Shown piece by piece: positions 50,824-63,900 of a stretch of DNA of 64,000 nucleotides; position 1 is the stretch's first letter, and each line of letters starts with the position of its first letter. The position numbers and the translations under genes were made by a program. Under the pieces are notes generated by a model. That model did no database searches. It was not told the DNA's origin and was given only the letters and a program-made list of their open reading frames with translations. Source of the DNA: Selaginella moellendorffii (taxonomy: Eukaryota; Plantae; Lycopodiophyta). The stretch covers positions 2,163,048 to 2,227,047 of the forward strand of contig NW_003314270.1 of NCBI RefSeq assembly GCF_000143415.4, written 5' to 3'.

Positions 50824-53641
50824 GTTCGCGGGGCCTTACGAGATTGAGGCACGAATCGGTAAAGTGGCTTACTGACTCCGACTTCCTCGAGAGATGGGGA
50901 AGATACACCCAGTGTTCCACGTGAACTTACTCAAGCCGTACTTTGAGGACCTGCTTCGCAAGGACCAAGTGAGACCTTTACCTGAGGTTATCCAAGGGGA
51001 AGAGGAATACGAAGTCGAGGCCATCCTCAATGCGCGCAAGAGCAAGCGACAAGGACGTGAGGTGAGAGAGTTCCATGTGAAGTGGAAAGGATTTCCACAC
51101 TGCGAAGCAACATGGGAACAGGAGGAGAACCTAGCGAACACGCGAGATCTAGTGGAGGAATTTTTGCAAGGCAGAACTCTATGTACTTATGCAAAATTCA
51201 ATTAAAAATATCAATTTGCAAAGTTGAGCAAGTGGCATATGTTGGGACCCGAAGGCACGCCAAAGGTAAGCTAATTAGCATGGGTTGGATAGGTCGACCA
51301 GGCGTAGGGCACTACGCCCGACTCCCCGCGAGGATGTCGAATCCATAGACGTATTCTATGGAGGTTGGGTTCGAGTCCCAACCCCCTAGTAAAGCAAGGC
51401 TGGGTTTAAGTCCCAACCCCATACTAGGGCGTGGTGAGGTGAGGAGTATAGGGACACCTATATTCCGTTGTCATGGGCTCTTGGCCGGGGAGGCTAACTT
51501 AGGCACACCGCTAAGTGGGGGGATGCCCCCGGAGACATGGTCAACAAGTCGTAGGATAAAACGAGATGTTCGATGTGGGCATCGAACTTCTTCTATGGGT
51601 GGTGGAGTTGTAAGGAACCGACTCCCCGAGATGTCGTAGGCTAAAGGATCCCCAAAAGCTTGACCGAAATGACAAAGAGTTCATCGGATGGGACCAAGTC
51701 GAGGATCGAGTCCAAGACCGACTCTAGGACCGAGTTCGAGATAGAGTCCGGAATCGAGTCTGAGACCAACTCGGGGACCGAGTTCGAGTCCAAGTTCGAG
51801 ACCGAGTTCAAGACGGAGTCCGAGATCCGAAATCGGGTCCGAGACCGAGTCCGAGGTCGAGTCCGAGGTCAGGTCCAAGATCGGGTCCGAGATCGAGTCC
51901 GAGATCGAGTCCGAGACCGAATCCGAAGTCGGATCCGAAATCGGGTCCGAGATCGAGCCAGAGACTAAGTCCAAATACTAATACGGGTCAAGGGGTGAAA
52001 GCCCAAAGCGTGCGTCTCTCAGGGGGGGGGGGCTGCAGGGGGTTCCAAAAGTATAGTAGGGATAGTGAGGTCCAGGAACCAGTTTTGAAGGGACTCTCCA
52101 GTTGGGCTTCCAAACCGACTTGAGGTTGAGACTGGGACTGAGGGGCCTTGGGTGGGAGTGAGCATGGACTTGGCTGGTGCCGGAGGGGCCATCCAAGGAA
52201 GTGCTCAAGAGCAGCTCCCACCCCCGAAAGGGAAACCGACTGCGGTGCTCCCAGCTCAGGTGGAGTGGTGTCCCACTTGAGTACCTTGTGGCTCATTGGT
52301 CCTCGCCCTTCCGGGGGCTTGGGCCTTCCCTTCGGGATGGAAGAGGGGGGGTAGAGGTACCCATACCGGGCCGTTAGGCCACGGTGTTTCGCCCCGACGT
52401 CCCGAAGCAAGTGCTGCACCCAAGGCTTGGGATTTAGAGGGTCCCATGATCAAGTCTTGTGGTACCAAGGGGTGTTAGGAATCTGGAGGCTTGGTGTGCT
52501 TGGCTGCTTGTGCCTGCGGGGAGTGTAGCCGAACATTAAGTCCAGTCTAACCCGGGGAGGGGGATTGGGAGAGATTTGGGAATCCGTAGATGGATGGCTA
52601 ACACTCCGTTGCTCGTGCAGTGAGTAGCTGAAACCAAGTAGGACCAAGTAGGAGCTGGTACCATAGGCGAGAACCTTGGCGAGGGAACTTAGCACAAGCC
52701 AAGGCAGAGTTGGTCGGATAGACAAGGTAAGCTGGCAAATTGGAAAGGAAAAATTTGTGGCTTACATTTGGTCTCTCAAGACATAGCATCGTAAATAATC
52801 CTCTAGTTGCCTATTCACCCTTTCTGTTTGTCCGTCTATCAAGAAGTGTTAGTGCATCAAACTTGACTTAATACCCAATACCTGTCTATGGGTGATAGGC
52901 TGTGTTGAATTTCAACTTGATGCGATACTGTTCTAGAAGAGTTCTCCAGAACCTACTAGTGAAGATCTTATCTCGATCTGAGATAATCTCTTCTGGCCTT
53001 CCCTGCACTCGAACCACTTGTTTGAAGAACAACTTCACCACACCTTCCGCATCCACTTCCATTGTGGTGGGTATAAAATGTGCCATTTTTGAAAATCGGT
53101 CCACCACCATGAATATTGCATCAAACCCCTCACTTAAGGGGAGTCTTGTGATAAAGTCCATTGTAAGACATTTTCATAGATGATCTGGAATTGGGATGCT
53201 TTGTAACAAGTCCCCCACTAGCTTTAGTCACGGCTTCGAGAAGAAGGCCACTAGATGGTTGTTTTATTTCAAAACTACACCCAACACAAAGTCCGAAGCA
53301 TCCGTTTCTACCTTAAAATCCTTACCAAAGTCAGGTAACGCCAACACGAGAATCTTCCTCAACTTCCCTTTGAGGTGGATAAATACTGCCTCACATGCCG
53401 CTGTCTATATCATCTTCCTTTTACCTGTTTGGTCCATTAAGGGCAAAGTTACTTTCGAATAGTGTTTGATAAACTTGCGGTAGTACTTGTATAGCAGCAA
53501 ATAGTTAGATTTAAACTAATCAGATGGCTATCAAAACACTAATATTAATATACAGACATTTATAACACTTATAGTTTAAGGTAATAAATAAGTTTACTAA
53601 AGTATTTGTCTTTGGAACAAATTTATAAAACAAGGAAACAG

Positions 53642-56121
53642 TCACGATGCCACCGCAACTCGAGGACAGAGTTGAAGCTGTTCCTTGCTAATTTCCTCCA
53701 CCGTGCTGGTTTGAGGGTGTGCCTCTGATGACTCGTACGCGTCCGCGTGAACGCCAGTGGCAGCTCTTCCCGATGGATCCAGGTTTTTGGACCATGCCTC
53801 GTCCCAGGCTACTGCAGCCGCTGTGCTACATGCCACGCTCGGGCCGCCAGGAACACTCAGTCTCGCAGATTCCTGTGTATGTTTCATTGACATTAGTCGA
53901 CCTGAGCGTGGTGTACTCATTCTCGTACCTGTGGAAAAACTCTCTCAAAGAGCATGCGATAGTAGTATGCTTCTTTTGTTTGTGGGGTGTTGTGAGGATA
54001 GACGAACTTAGCATTTGCCATCATACGATCGCTCACCTGCGTGGTTATATACACAATGGCACCCTGATAAAAACTCGATCCACACTGTTACCTGCTTTGT
54101 AGCAAAGGCTTTTAAAGAATCGATCCAGCCATACCCGACCCCGTCACTAAACTGCTCCTTCTGCCGATACAAAATGTGCTGCAAAAAAGTAAAAAGCCTT
54201 GATTAGCTTCATCAAACACGACCGCTCTGGCTACCTTCGGTAAATAAGGTTTTTCTTCATCATCAAACGCTCGTCTCATAATCCACTTTTCTATCCTTTC
54301 GCCAGGTCGAATCTAGAGAAACATGTAAGGAAACGATTGCACTCGTTACTAAAGGAAACAAACCATTTTCTCAGATGGATCAATACTCATTGCAATGTCA
54401 ACGAACTCCTTGTCTAGAAATGGAACCCTTGCTTCCACACCCCATGCAGATGTCGCCTTGTTTGCTCTCAGACAGTCGTACAAATAGAGCGATTTTATCT
54501 GCAAGAAATAAGCTTTCAATGTGTAAGAAAGCGGTGCATGGCGTTCGTACCTTTCTGCAGGTTTCCCGGTGGAATTCTTCCTTGTTAGGAGCCTTGTGGA
54601 AGTAAAGGTAACCGCCAAAAATTTCGTCTGATCCTTCCCCAGACAGCACCATTTTGACACCAAGAGCTTTGATCTTCCGTGACATTAGAAACATCGGGGT
54701 GCTGGCCCTGATTGTTGTCACGTCGTACGTCTCAATGTGATAGATTACGTCACGAAGTGCATCTAGACCTTCCTGTCAAATTCCAACAAAACTAAATAAA
54801 AACTATATCGACAATGAAACTACCTGAATTGTAAAGTAAAACTCATGATGGATTGTTCCAAGGTAATCGGCAACTTCTTTTGCCGCCTTGAGATCTGGAG
54901 AACCCTGAGAAGCACGTAGTCTAGATTATTAAACAGTGAGAATTAACCTGCTTACTTTCAAGCCTACGCAGAAGGTGTGAAGCTGGGGTCCCCACTGTCT
55001 CCCAGCTTTCGTACTAGCTAGGTGCCTTGAAGCCACGGAGGCAACTAGAGACGAGTCAAGGCCCCCCGAGAGTAGCACCCCAAATGGAACATCTGTCATA
55101 AGCCTCTTGACAACTGCCTGGAAGAGCAAGCGCAAGAAAGCTCAAATCTGATTCAAAGGAATAATAATAATACACAAACCTTTTCGAATGCTTCACGAAG
55201 TGCCAAGGGATTGTAAGGCATGGACGGAATCGACTCAGAAAACCAAGGTGGATTATACCACCTTCGCAAGCCTCCTGTCCAAGAAGAAGTTCAGCTTAGT
55301 CAGCCAGAGACCTACGTAGCTGCGAATGACCTGCTTTGCTAGAGTATAAATGCCCAGGAGGGAAAGTTTCAAACCGTTCACAGTCATCCACAAGAGCTTT
55401 CATCTCTGACGCGAACCATACAGATCCTGCAAAGAAAACGAAGAAAATAAAACTGAGAAACCTTTTGGAACAAACCAGGGTGACATACCATCAGAACCCC
55501 AGCCAAAGTACAAAGGCGTGATTCCAATCGGGTCACGAGCAGCTATGAAGCTATTGTCTCGTGTGTCGAGGAGCACAAAGGAGAACATCCCATCTAGCTT
55601 CTGGACCATGTCTTCTCCAAAGTCCTCGTACTGAGAAACAATGAGGGAAAGAAAAATAGCTAAGACAGTAGAACTCTCTCAACGCTCTTACCAGATGCGC
55701 AATGACTTCGCAATCGCTCTGCGTGTTGTAATTGTGTTCCATTGACGCCTTGAGAGCTTCGTGGTTGTAAATCTCGCCGTTAACCTGCAAGAATGGAAAA
55801 GCATGATACACCCCGCGAGAAAATAAAAAGAAGAAAACGTGGAGTACCGCAACGACGATCGACTTGTCCTCACTGTAGAGCGGCTGATCCCCGGAAGCGG
55901 GGTCGACGATCGCCAGCCTCTCATGAGCAAGATAGAAATTCTGGTGATGATACAGGCCGCTCCAATCGGGGCCCCGGTGCCTCAACCTAGCAAAAACACC
56001 CTTCAATTCAGCACCTTAAACCCTGGATCGCTGCCGCGTGATACCTGCGAGAGAGATCCAGCACCTTGCTGCGCTGGAGATGCGCCTCATGGTAGCCGAG
56101 AATCGCGAGAATCCCACACAT
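53642..56121 (-). CDS. ASN: glutamine-hydrolysing asparagine synthetase (multi-exon)
   Basis: MCGILAILG...[71 protein letters not shown] and [10 protein letters not shown]. Confidence 0.95.
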
Positions 56122-56289
56122 TCCTGCCGCTCCCCCTGACTAGGGTAAAAGAGCACATTAAATATTAGGGCTTGCTGTGTTTGAAAAAAAGTTTGGCACC
56201 CTCAAAACGGACCATTCTCAGTTTTCCACAAATGATCAAACTTTGTCACCAAGTTGGTTTTCAGTGATGCACAAATCTTGAGAGTATGA

Positions 56290-59200
56290 TCAAACTCTTA
56301 TATTATTAAGGCTTTTGCTATCATCAAACCTTTGTTTCTCTCTAGGTCTTGCAAGCTTTGGTGACTGCCTCATCTTCCCAGCTTTCCTCAGCCTCTTCTC
56401 TTCCTTCTTCTTCTCCACCTGACTGCTAGCTTTCGGGAGCTTCACCCTGAGCTGCTTGGCCAGCTTCTCAGCTCTCCCCCTCAAGTCGGCTTCCATGGCC
56501 GCTGTTCGTCCTTCCGGGGTGAGATGGACGAGCCTGGCGAACTTCTTGGGGAGTATGTCCCCCATTGTCTCGTCGATCTCTTGGATGGCCGGTGCCAGCC
56601 CGGCCCACACGAAAGCACCGTTGTAAACCTGGATGGCGTTTGTGTCGGGCAGAGTCTTCGTGTTCTTGAGCTCCAGGTCGAGGCAGTAAGGCGATTCCTT
56701 GAGCCACATGCACAGAGCGTGGCTCTTTGCGACCAGGACTCCGGCCCTCGTTTTCGATGGAAGAAACGGTGATCCCATCTGCCAAAGGTGAGTTTTGATT
56801 GTGTTGCTCACCGAGGCCTGGTTGTTGAGCTTGCTGCTTCCTATGTCTATCTGGATGGACTTTGGTGGAACTGGCGATCCTTGCAGTGAAGCGTCCTGAG
56901 AGCTAGTTCGTAAGTATGATATTGAGCGTAAACGAATGTACGTTGTACCTGCATTTGATCCAGCCAGAGTATCAAAGCGACCAGTGCGGCCCCTGGCGAC
57001 AGTCTACGAAAGTCCGCTCCCCAGTTCCTGTCTTTCACCCTGGGAGTCAAAAACACGAGCAAACGTGTCAGCTATTTGCTCCAAAGGTTGTCAGGTACCT
57101 GGCTAAAACTTGGGTGTAAATGTTGCTTTCAATCGCCACTGCAAACACCAAAGCTGCTGTTGCGCACTGCCGGAATGCCCAGAGCAAGTCCATAAGCACG
57201 TTTACAACCCCTTGGCATGCTTCGGGGCCAGACTCTTGCAACTGATCGAATATGTCTTGCATGTCCTGCACCACTTTGGGAGTGCATTCGGTCATAAGCC
57301 TGAAAACGAAAAGAAAACAACGAACACTTAGTAAGAATCGCATCGCCAAGGAAAAAAACTTACCTCAAAGGGAGCGAGAAACCAGCTTCGGACAAAGCTT
57401 TCAGAAGCATCAACGCATGACTTGACCTTTCGCAGACCGACGCAGCCCCGACGAAGCAAGTTATTGTAACATGAGTGGGCCGAACACAAGCGTCGGTCAT
57501 CTTTCTCAGCCATATCACCGCAGACAAATAATCCTTGTTGTTCAAGTGGGAGTTGATGATGCTCGTATAGTGGATGGCGTCCGGGCTCATTCCAATCTCT
57601 GGTAGCGTTTCGAGAACCTCTTCAGCCTTTCCAGTAGCACCACCTTTCCCGTAAGAATCCATGAGCATGTGAATCGTCGTCAGGCTCGGTTCAAAGCCAT
57701 CGGCTTTCATCTGCTCTATGACCTCCTCTATCTTCCTGTGCTCCCCAGCTTTCCGGTACACGTTGATCATCACATTGTATGCTGTAGCATCAGGCTTGCA
57801 CCCGGTTTCCGCAATGCTCTTGAAAACAAGCTCAGCATCCTCATATGCCTGGAGACGTCCGTAAGCCGAGATGAGTGTCGTGTACGTCGAGATGTTTGGA
57901 GCATTGCCTGTCTTGATCATTTCCCTGAGAAGAGCTTGAGCCTCTTGCACCATCTGGTTGCGGCTGTAGAGCATGATAAGCGTGTTAAAAGTGGTAGCAT
58001 CCGGCGAGCAGCCTATTTCTTGCATCCCTTTGAAGACCAAGGCCGCTTTTCTGTAGCTTCCGAGCTTGCTGTATAAGCTGATCATATGGTTGTAGATATC
58101 CATGTCGAGCTCCAATCCTGCCTTCTTGATGTCCTTGACAAGCTCTTCAGCATCGATCTCAACCGTTTCTCTGGAGTATAAAGCAAGCAAGGCCTTGAAC
58201 ACCTGGATGCTGGGAGAAAATCCGGCCTCTCTCATCTGCCGGTACATGCTCCTAGCTTCTTCCAGATTTCCATTCCTGCTAAAAGCATGAAAAATCACCA
58301 CAAACGTTCTTGAGTTAGGAGTTATCCCCATCTCAGGCAAGCGCTGATAGAACTCACTTAGCTCTTTCGCTTTCCCAGCTCTTCCAAAGGCTTCGAGCAC
58401 GTAGTTTGCACAGGCAGCGTTGGGCTGTAGACCGGCGGCCACCATATTGTCCAGTGCTCTCGTAGCTCGCTCAAAGTTTCCGGTCTCGGCATAAGCTGAG
58501 AGCAACGCGCTGTAGGCGGATGTGTTTCCAGCAAAACCATGCCGCTGCAAATCTCTGAAAACGATCTCGGCATTCTGCCACAGCTTCAACTTTCCATAAG
58601 ATGCGATAATCGCAACGTGCATGGCTGAGTCCTTAACTTCAAAGGCGTGGAGGCAATCGATCAGAAGCTCGTGCGCAACGAAAGCAAACCCCTTGCGACA
58701 GTAGCACATCACAGCAGTTTGAAGAACTTCAGCGTCCATTTCCAATCCCTCTGTTGTCATATCCAGAAACCGAGCAAGAGCTTCGTCTTGCATGCCAGCT
58801 CGATCATAGGAAGCGACCAACACCTTGAGAAAGTCGGAAACCTGTGCCTGGCCGTAAGTCTGAGAAGTTCTCATCTCTTCCTCCGCTTCACTGAACCTTC
58901 CCGCTTTTGCCAGCATCAGCGCCAGTCTCTTGTACAGGTGAGCAGCAACACTAGGCTCGATGCTCGACACCGCGTGAACCAAATCTCGCGCGTCACTGAG
59001 CTTCCCGGATGCCTCAAAGGCACCGAGAACGTCGTTGAGTGTTTCCACCTTCACTGCCACCCCTTGCGCAAAGGAGATCTTCAACACAACCGCGGCTTCC
59101 GCATAGAATCCACCTTTAGCAAGCGTGGAAGAAAGCGCGGCCAAGCTAGCACTGGACTGCACCATCTCCTTGCTAAGGTTCTCGATCTCCGCCAGAGAAC

Positions 59201-60866
59201 TTTTCTGATAGAAGACCCGAACCATGATAGCGTAGACACTGAGCTCCGGCTTCAAGCCCGAGCCAACCATAGCCTTGTATAGAATTATGCACTTCTCTGG
59301 CATTTCAGCTTTGAAGAAGACGTCCAGCATCACCGAGTAAGCCAAGAGGTCGGGACGAACTCCAGCACGAAGCATGCAGCTGTAAGTGTGTTCCGCATCA
59401 CTAAACATATCCGCCTTTGCATACGCACAAATCATGGCGCTGAAAGCTTGCAGAGTTGGCCTGACTTGCGACTTGAGCATGTCTTCGAACATAGCCGCTG
59501 CCTCGTTCACAAACCCAGCCTTGCCAAGCGTATCGATCAAAACCGTGAAAGTCACCGAATCCGGGCAGCGTCCTTCCTCCTTCATCTGGACGTAAAGCTC
59601 CTCGGCCTTCCTGTGCATCCCCGCCTTCCCATACATGTGTATCATCGTGTTGTACGTTATCTCGTCCGAGGAGCAGCGGGCGTCTCTCATCATCCCTCGG
59701 ATCCTCTCCACCTCCTCAATCCTCCCGTCCCTGGCGAAAGCATGGAGCACCGAGTTGTAAGTCACGGCATCCGGAGTAAAGCCCTGCTCTTGCATGATCC
59801 TAAAGATGGAGCTCGCAGCCTCGACTCTCCCAGCTCGACCATAGACCGAGATCATCGCGTTGTACGTCCAAATATCCGGATCACACCCCTGCCGCTGCAT
59901 CTCCTCGAAGATCAAAATGGCGTCGCTCAGCCTGTTGTTGAGGCTGCAAGCGCTGATCAAAGTGTTGTACGTGATGGTATCCGGCCTGAGACCAGCAGCG
60001 TAGACGTCCTGGAGGAGCGAGGAGGCCAGACCCTCTTGCATGCCACCCCGAGTTCTCGCCTTGATCACGATGTTAAAGGTGACGAGATCCGGCCGGCATC
60101 CTCTATCTTGCATCCGGCAGAGAAGCTGCTGGACGCTGTTCCAATCTCCATGCCTCGCGTAGACGCTCATGAGCGAGTTGTAAACTTGGACACAATTGCC
60201 AATGCTCGACTCCGCTCGGTCGAAGAGCTCTTGCGCTAGGCCGGGCTGATTCGCTCTCCCCAGCACCGATAGCATCACCGCCAGCATCCTTGGATTGGGA
60301 GCGTACCAGCGAGCAACGTTGAGGCACTCGTAGAGCTCCAGCGCGCGCTGCCAGCTCGTGTTTGCCACTCGCTTCACAACATAGCACAAATCCGTGGGGG
60401 CGAGCTGCTCCTTCCAGCCATCCACCGTCTCGCGCACGAATTCGTGCTCGTCCAGCCGGCAAATCGCGTCCGACAGCCGCTGGACGCGCTGCCGCCAGTC
60501 CTTGGCGCGCTTGAGCGCGAGCTTGGACATCTTGCGCGGCTTGACGGGCTCTAGCACAGCCATGAGCGGCGGCTGGAGGTACTCACCGCGGTACTGCCGC
60601 CACATCTTCTTCGGCTTCTGGGGATCCAGAACGACGTACATCGGCTCCCTCTCCCCGGCGGCATTCTCTTGCTGGGAATGCGAATGCGATGGCGATTCCT
60701 CGCTCTCCTCGGCGGTGCCTCTTCCCGTCCTTCTCGAGGTGTAATCGCTGTGCTGCGGCCATCGGATCGACGGCATTGCTCGCGGATACACGAATCGTGG
60801 AGTTGGAGCTGGAGAATCGATCGGGAAGGCCGGCGACGACGCGGAAATCTGGAGCGCCATCACCAT
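56290..60866 (-). CDS. EMB1270: chloroplast P-class PPR protein, EMB1270/At3g18110-like
   Basis: AKDWRQRV...PTDLCYVVKRV..SWQRALELYECLN..WYAPNPRMLA; long PPR array; C-terminal WGADFRRLSPGAALV, LWQMGSPFLP and LCMWLKESPYCLDLELK. Start at ATG 60866 or 60860. Confidence 0.9.
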
Positions 60867-60915
60867 GGCTTCCAAGAGCCCTAGAACAAAACCTCTTACA
60901 TTGAAAATTCTGGGT

Positions 60916-63900
60916 TTAAGAAGCCCCACTCTCGTGGAGTTGTCTAGCGTCGGCCACGAGCCTCTTCAAGAGCTTGGTTTTGTTTCCATGGCTCCAATCG
61001 GGATTGTTCTGCCAAGAAAAATTTCGTGAGCGATCTATCCAAGTAGAGAAGAAGATCTAGCTTACTTGAAGAGTGACCATCGCTCTCTTGGCAAACGCCG
61101 CTAGCTCGGGACTGGCAAACGGTGGGAGCCCTTTCACGATCTTATGGAGCTCCTCGTTCTTCTTCTTCCCGGATTTCTGCTGAGGGCCCGTGTAAGTTTC
61201 GATCAGAGACTCGAGTTGCGGGGCACGCTCTTTCACGTCTTGCACGGCTTCCTGCAAAGTTTTTTTGGAGCTCATTAGAGCCAAAGAATCTGAGAGAAGA
61301 ACGACGATTTTGCTCTTACCTCCCATGCTTTTTCGTCAATGCCATCCTGCGAAACGAGCTTTCGTTTGGCTCTGTCCAGTGATTCCTCCAACGTTGGCAA
61401 AGGTTTGTCATCAATATCTGGATTTGTTCCAAACTCCTCCATTGCAGCCTCCGGATCAACATCCAGCTGCAATTCGCGGGAACCAAAAACGTCAAGAACG
61501 GGGAAAGAACAGAAAAACACAATAGTAACGTACCATGAAATGCCTGTGCAAAGTTCCCTTGATCGCTTCCTCCACCTTCGTAAGAGCGTCCCCTTTCGCC
61601 ATATACTCTTGCGGCGCTACGTACTCGATGGCTCCATCCAAATCTATCACACCTTGAGGCACCACTTGTTTGCCTCTACTACTTTTCTTGACTCCGCCAC
61701 CCGGTCTTATTTCGGTTGTTCGTTTGCTGGTAACGTCCCCCAGTGAAAACTGATCGCTGAATCTCTTCTTCCTCCTCTCCAGATAAGCGGACATCTGAGA
61801 CTTCCCCAAGCCACCTTCCAGAATAGCCATGGCTCTCGCCGCTGCTTCTTCCCTCTTAAGTTTCGATCGCTTCACTTCAGCAGCAACAGTAGTGGGATCG
61901 ATGACTTTCCCCCTGCCTTTGCCTCGTCTCGATTCGAAAGGCAGAGCAGGCAAACTTTCATCCTGTTCACCTTGCTGACTCTCCAAAGCTTCTTCCTCCT
62001 GAAGTAGCTCATCTGTTGGCGTGTGTAGGCCAATAAGACTTGCAACTGGATCCATGAGTGGGACGCCTTTGCCTCGACCAGGAGAAATGAATTTCCGGAT
62101 AGAAGGCAGTCGATCCACTTCGGTATCAGATGCCTCGCTCTCGGAAAGAGTCTCTGTCTCAGCAGCTTTAACGGTTTCTTTCACTGCCTTCGGTGAGCCC
62201 GGCTTCTTCAGATCAAGACGCAACGGAGGTGGCTTGGGAAGGTCCGAAGATTTTTCTTCCACTACTTTGCCTCTTCCAAGTCCATGCAATACAGTTGGAG
62301 GTTCGGGCGTCGGAGCTTCTGCAACTTTTTCTTTCTTCAATTTTACTTCCAGCTTCAACGGCGCAGCTTTTGAAACACCAGGTCTGCTTCCTTCCGTTTC
62401 TGCTGGTTCATCTTGTACTTTCACAGCTCCAGGTGTGGTTTCTTCCTTCATTCTTACGGGAACAACCGAAGGCTTTTTCAACTTAAGCTCCAGTTTAGCA
62501 CGTCCAGGTTCGTCTTTGGTTTCAGGCGCAGCCTCGAGTTTTGCAGAAGCCGGCTCTTCCGTCACTGTTGGAGGTTTCCTCAGCTTCAGGTCTAACTTTG
62601 GAGGTTCTTCCTTCTTTTCTGCAGGTTTCTTCAGCTGAAGATCCAACTTTGGAGGAGGCTCCGTCACAGTTGAAGGTTTCTTTGGCGTGAGATTCAGCTT
62701 TGGAGTAGACTCTTCAGCCACCGCTGCAGGTGTCTTCGGCTTAACTTCAGTCTTCTCAGGCTTTGGCACTGACGCTGCCACATCTTTACTCTTAGCCGCC
62801 ACTGCAACCTTCGCCTCAACTTGCGATTTGATATCGGTCTTTGCTCGTGCAGGTTTTGGAGACACCGTGTCCACAACCGCTGCTTTCTTCGTCTCTACAG
62901 GCTTTGGTGGTGGTGGCGGTGGTTTCAACGCCTCAATTTTCACGGCTGGAACTTCAGGTGGCAGTTTCTTGGCGGCCGATGGCGCTTCTGGAACATGCGT
63001 CGAAGGTGGTTGGCCAATTGGCCTTTGCACCACTCCTGGTCTCAAAGGGAGTCCTGAAGGATATATCGGAACTGGTTGCGGTGGCGCTTGGAACTGAGCG
63101 TGTCCAGCCGGTCTAACTTGAGGAACACCTGCTGTAAACTGCGCTGGACTGTGGACGCTCATTGGTACTTGTTGATACGGCACCTGCGAAAACTGCTGGG
63201 GAGGTTGCCCTTGAACCTGCGTTTGAGGCCGCACTGCACTCGCCGCAGCTTTACCTTCCATAAGAGTTGCTCTATCACCTGCAGCTTTGAGTAACTCTGG
63301 TGACTGCTGCAGAAACTCAAGCGCCTTTGGCTGAAGCTCGAGTTTTGGTCGGGGAGCTTGGCCGACAGTTTGTGGCGCAGCTTGTCCAGTTGATGTCGGA
63401 ACTTGCGGCGCTGGAGTGGCAACTTGTGTAGCAGGATATTGCTGTGGTCTTGCAATAGCGACATTTTGTGGAGGTGGCGGCGGTGGGACTGCTGCTGGTG
63501 CATAAGGTGGAGGGGGATACTGATAGCCCGGAGGATAAGCCGGTTGATATCCAGGATAGCCCGGTGGATATCCTGGATACGTTTGGTATCCCGGATAAGC
63601 TTGCTGGTAGTATCCCGGATACCCCTGATATGCTTGTTGATATCCTGGATGATATACCGAAGGCTGACTTTGAGGATGATATCCGACTGGAGCCTGAGGA
63701 ACCGGCTGCATATTGACATATGGATTCGGTGGATAGTAAGCCGACGTTTGAGGCCATTGCTGTGTTGGCGGTGCCGCAGGCTGCTGTGGATTTAATGTGG
63801 CTGGAGCTTGTTGAGGCTGCTGGTATTGAGGAGCCTGGCCAATCTGATGCTGCATCCCAGGTGTCTGAAGAGGTGTTCCGTGACCGACACCATGCGATGG

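Larger units (their letters stand above)
46430..51205 (+). pseudogene. gag-pol: gag-pol polyprotein (Gag, Zn-knuckle remnant, aspartic protease, RT, RNase H, integrase, chromodomain) with stops, one frameshift and two introns
   Basis: [41 protein letters not shown] zinc finger, TMDFITGLP, ISDRD and chromodomain YEVEAIL..VKWKGF..ATWE. Stops at 46598, 47975, 48996, 49695 and 50301, among others; frameshift near 48740. Confidence 0.93.
37773..52766 (+). mobile_element. full-length chromoviral Ty3/gypsy retrotransposon (family B); 5' LTR 37773-37856 + 45309-46370, 3' LTR 51609-52766
   Basis: Near-identical LTRs; PBS TGGTATCGGAGC 46374-46385; PPT ATGGGTGGTGGAGT 51595-51608; gag-PR-RT-RH-IN-chromodomain order. 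Confidence 0.96.
33749..53497 (-). mobile_element. old, 5'-truncated chromoviral Ty3/gypsy copy (family B), host of nested insertions; own pieces 33749-35209, 36307-37132, 52772-53497
   Basis: 3' LTR 33749-34853 followed by the PPT; chromodomain ORF 36357-36668; integrase core 52886-53161; RNase H fragment to ~53497. All pieces are collinear with the plus-strand copy. Confidence 0.9.
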
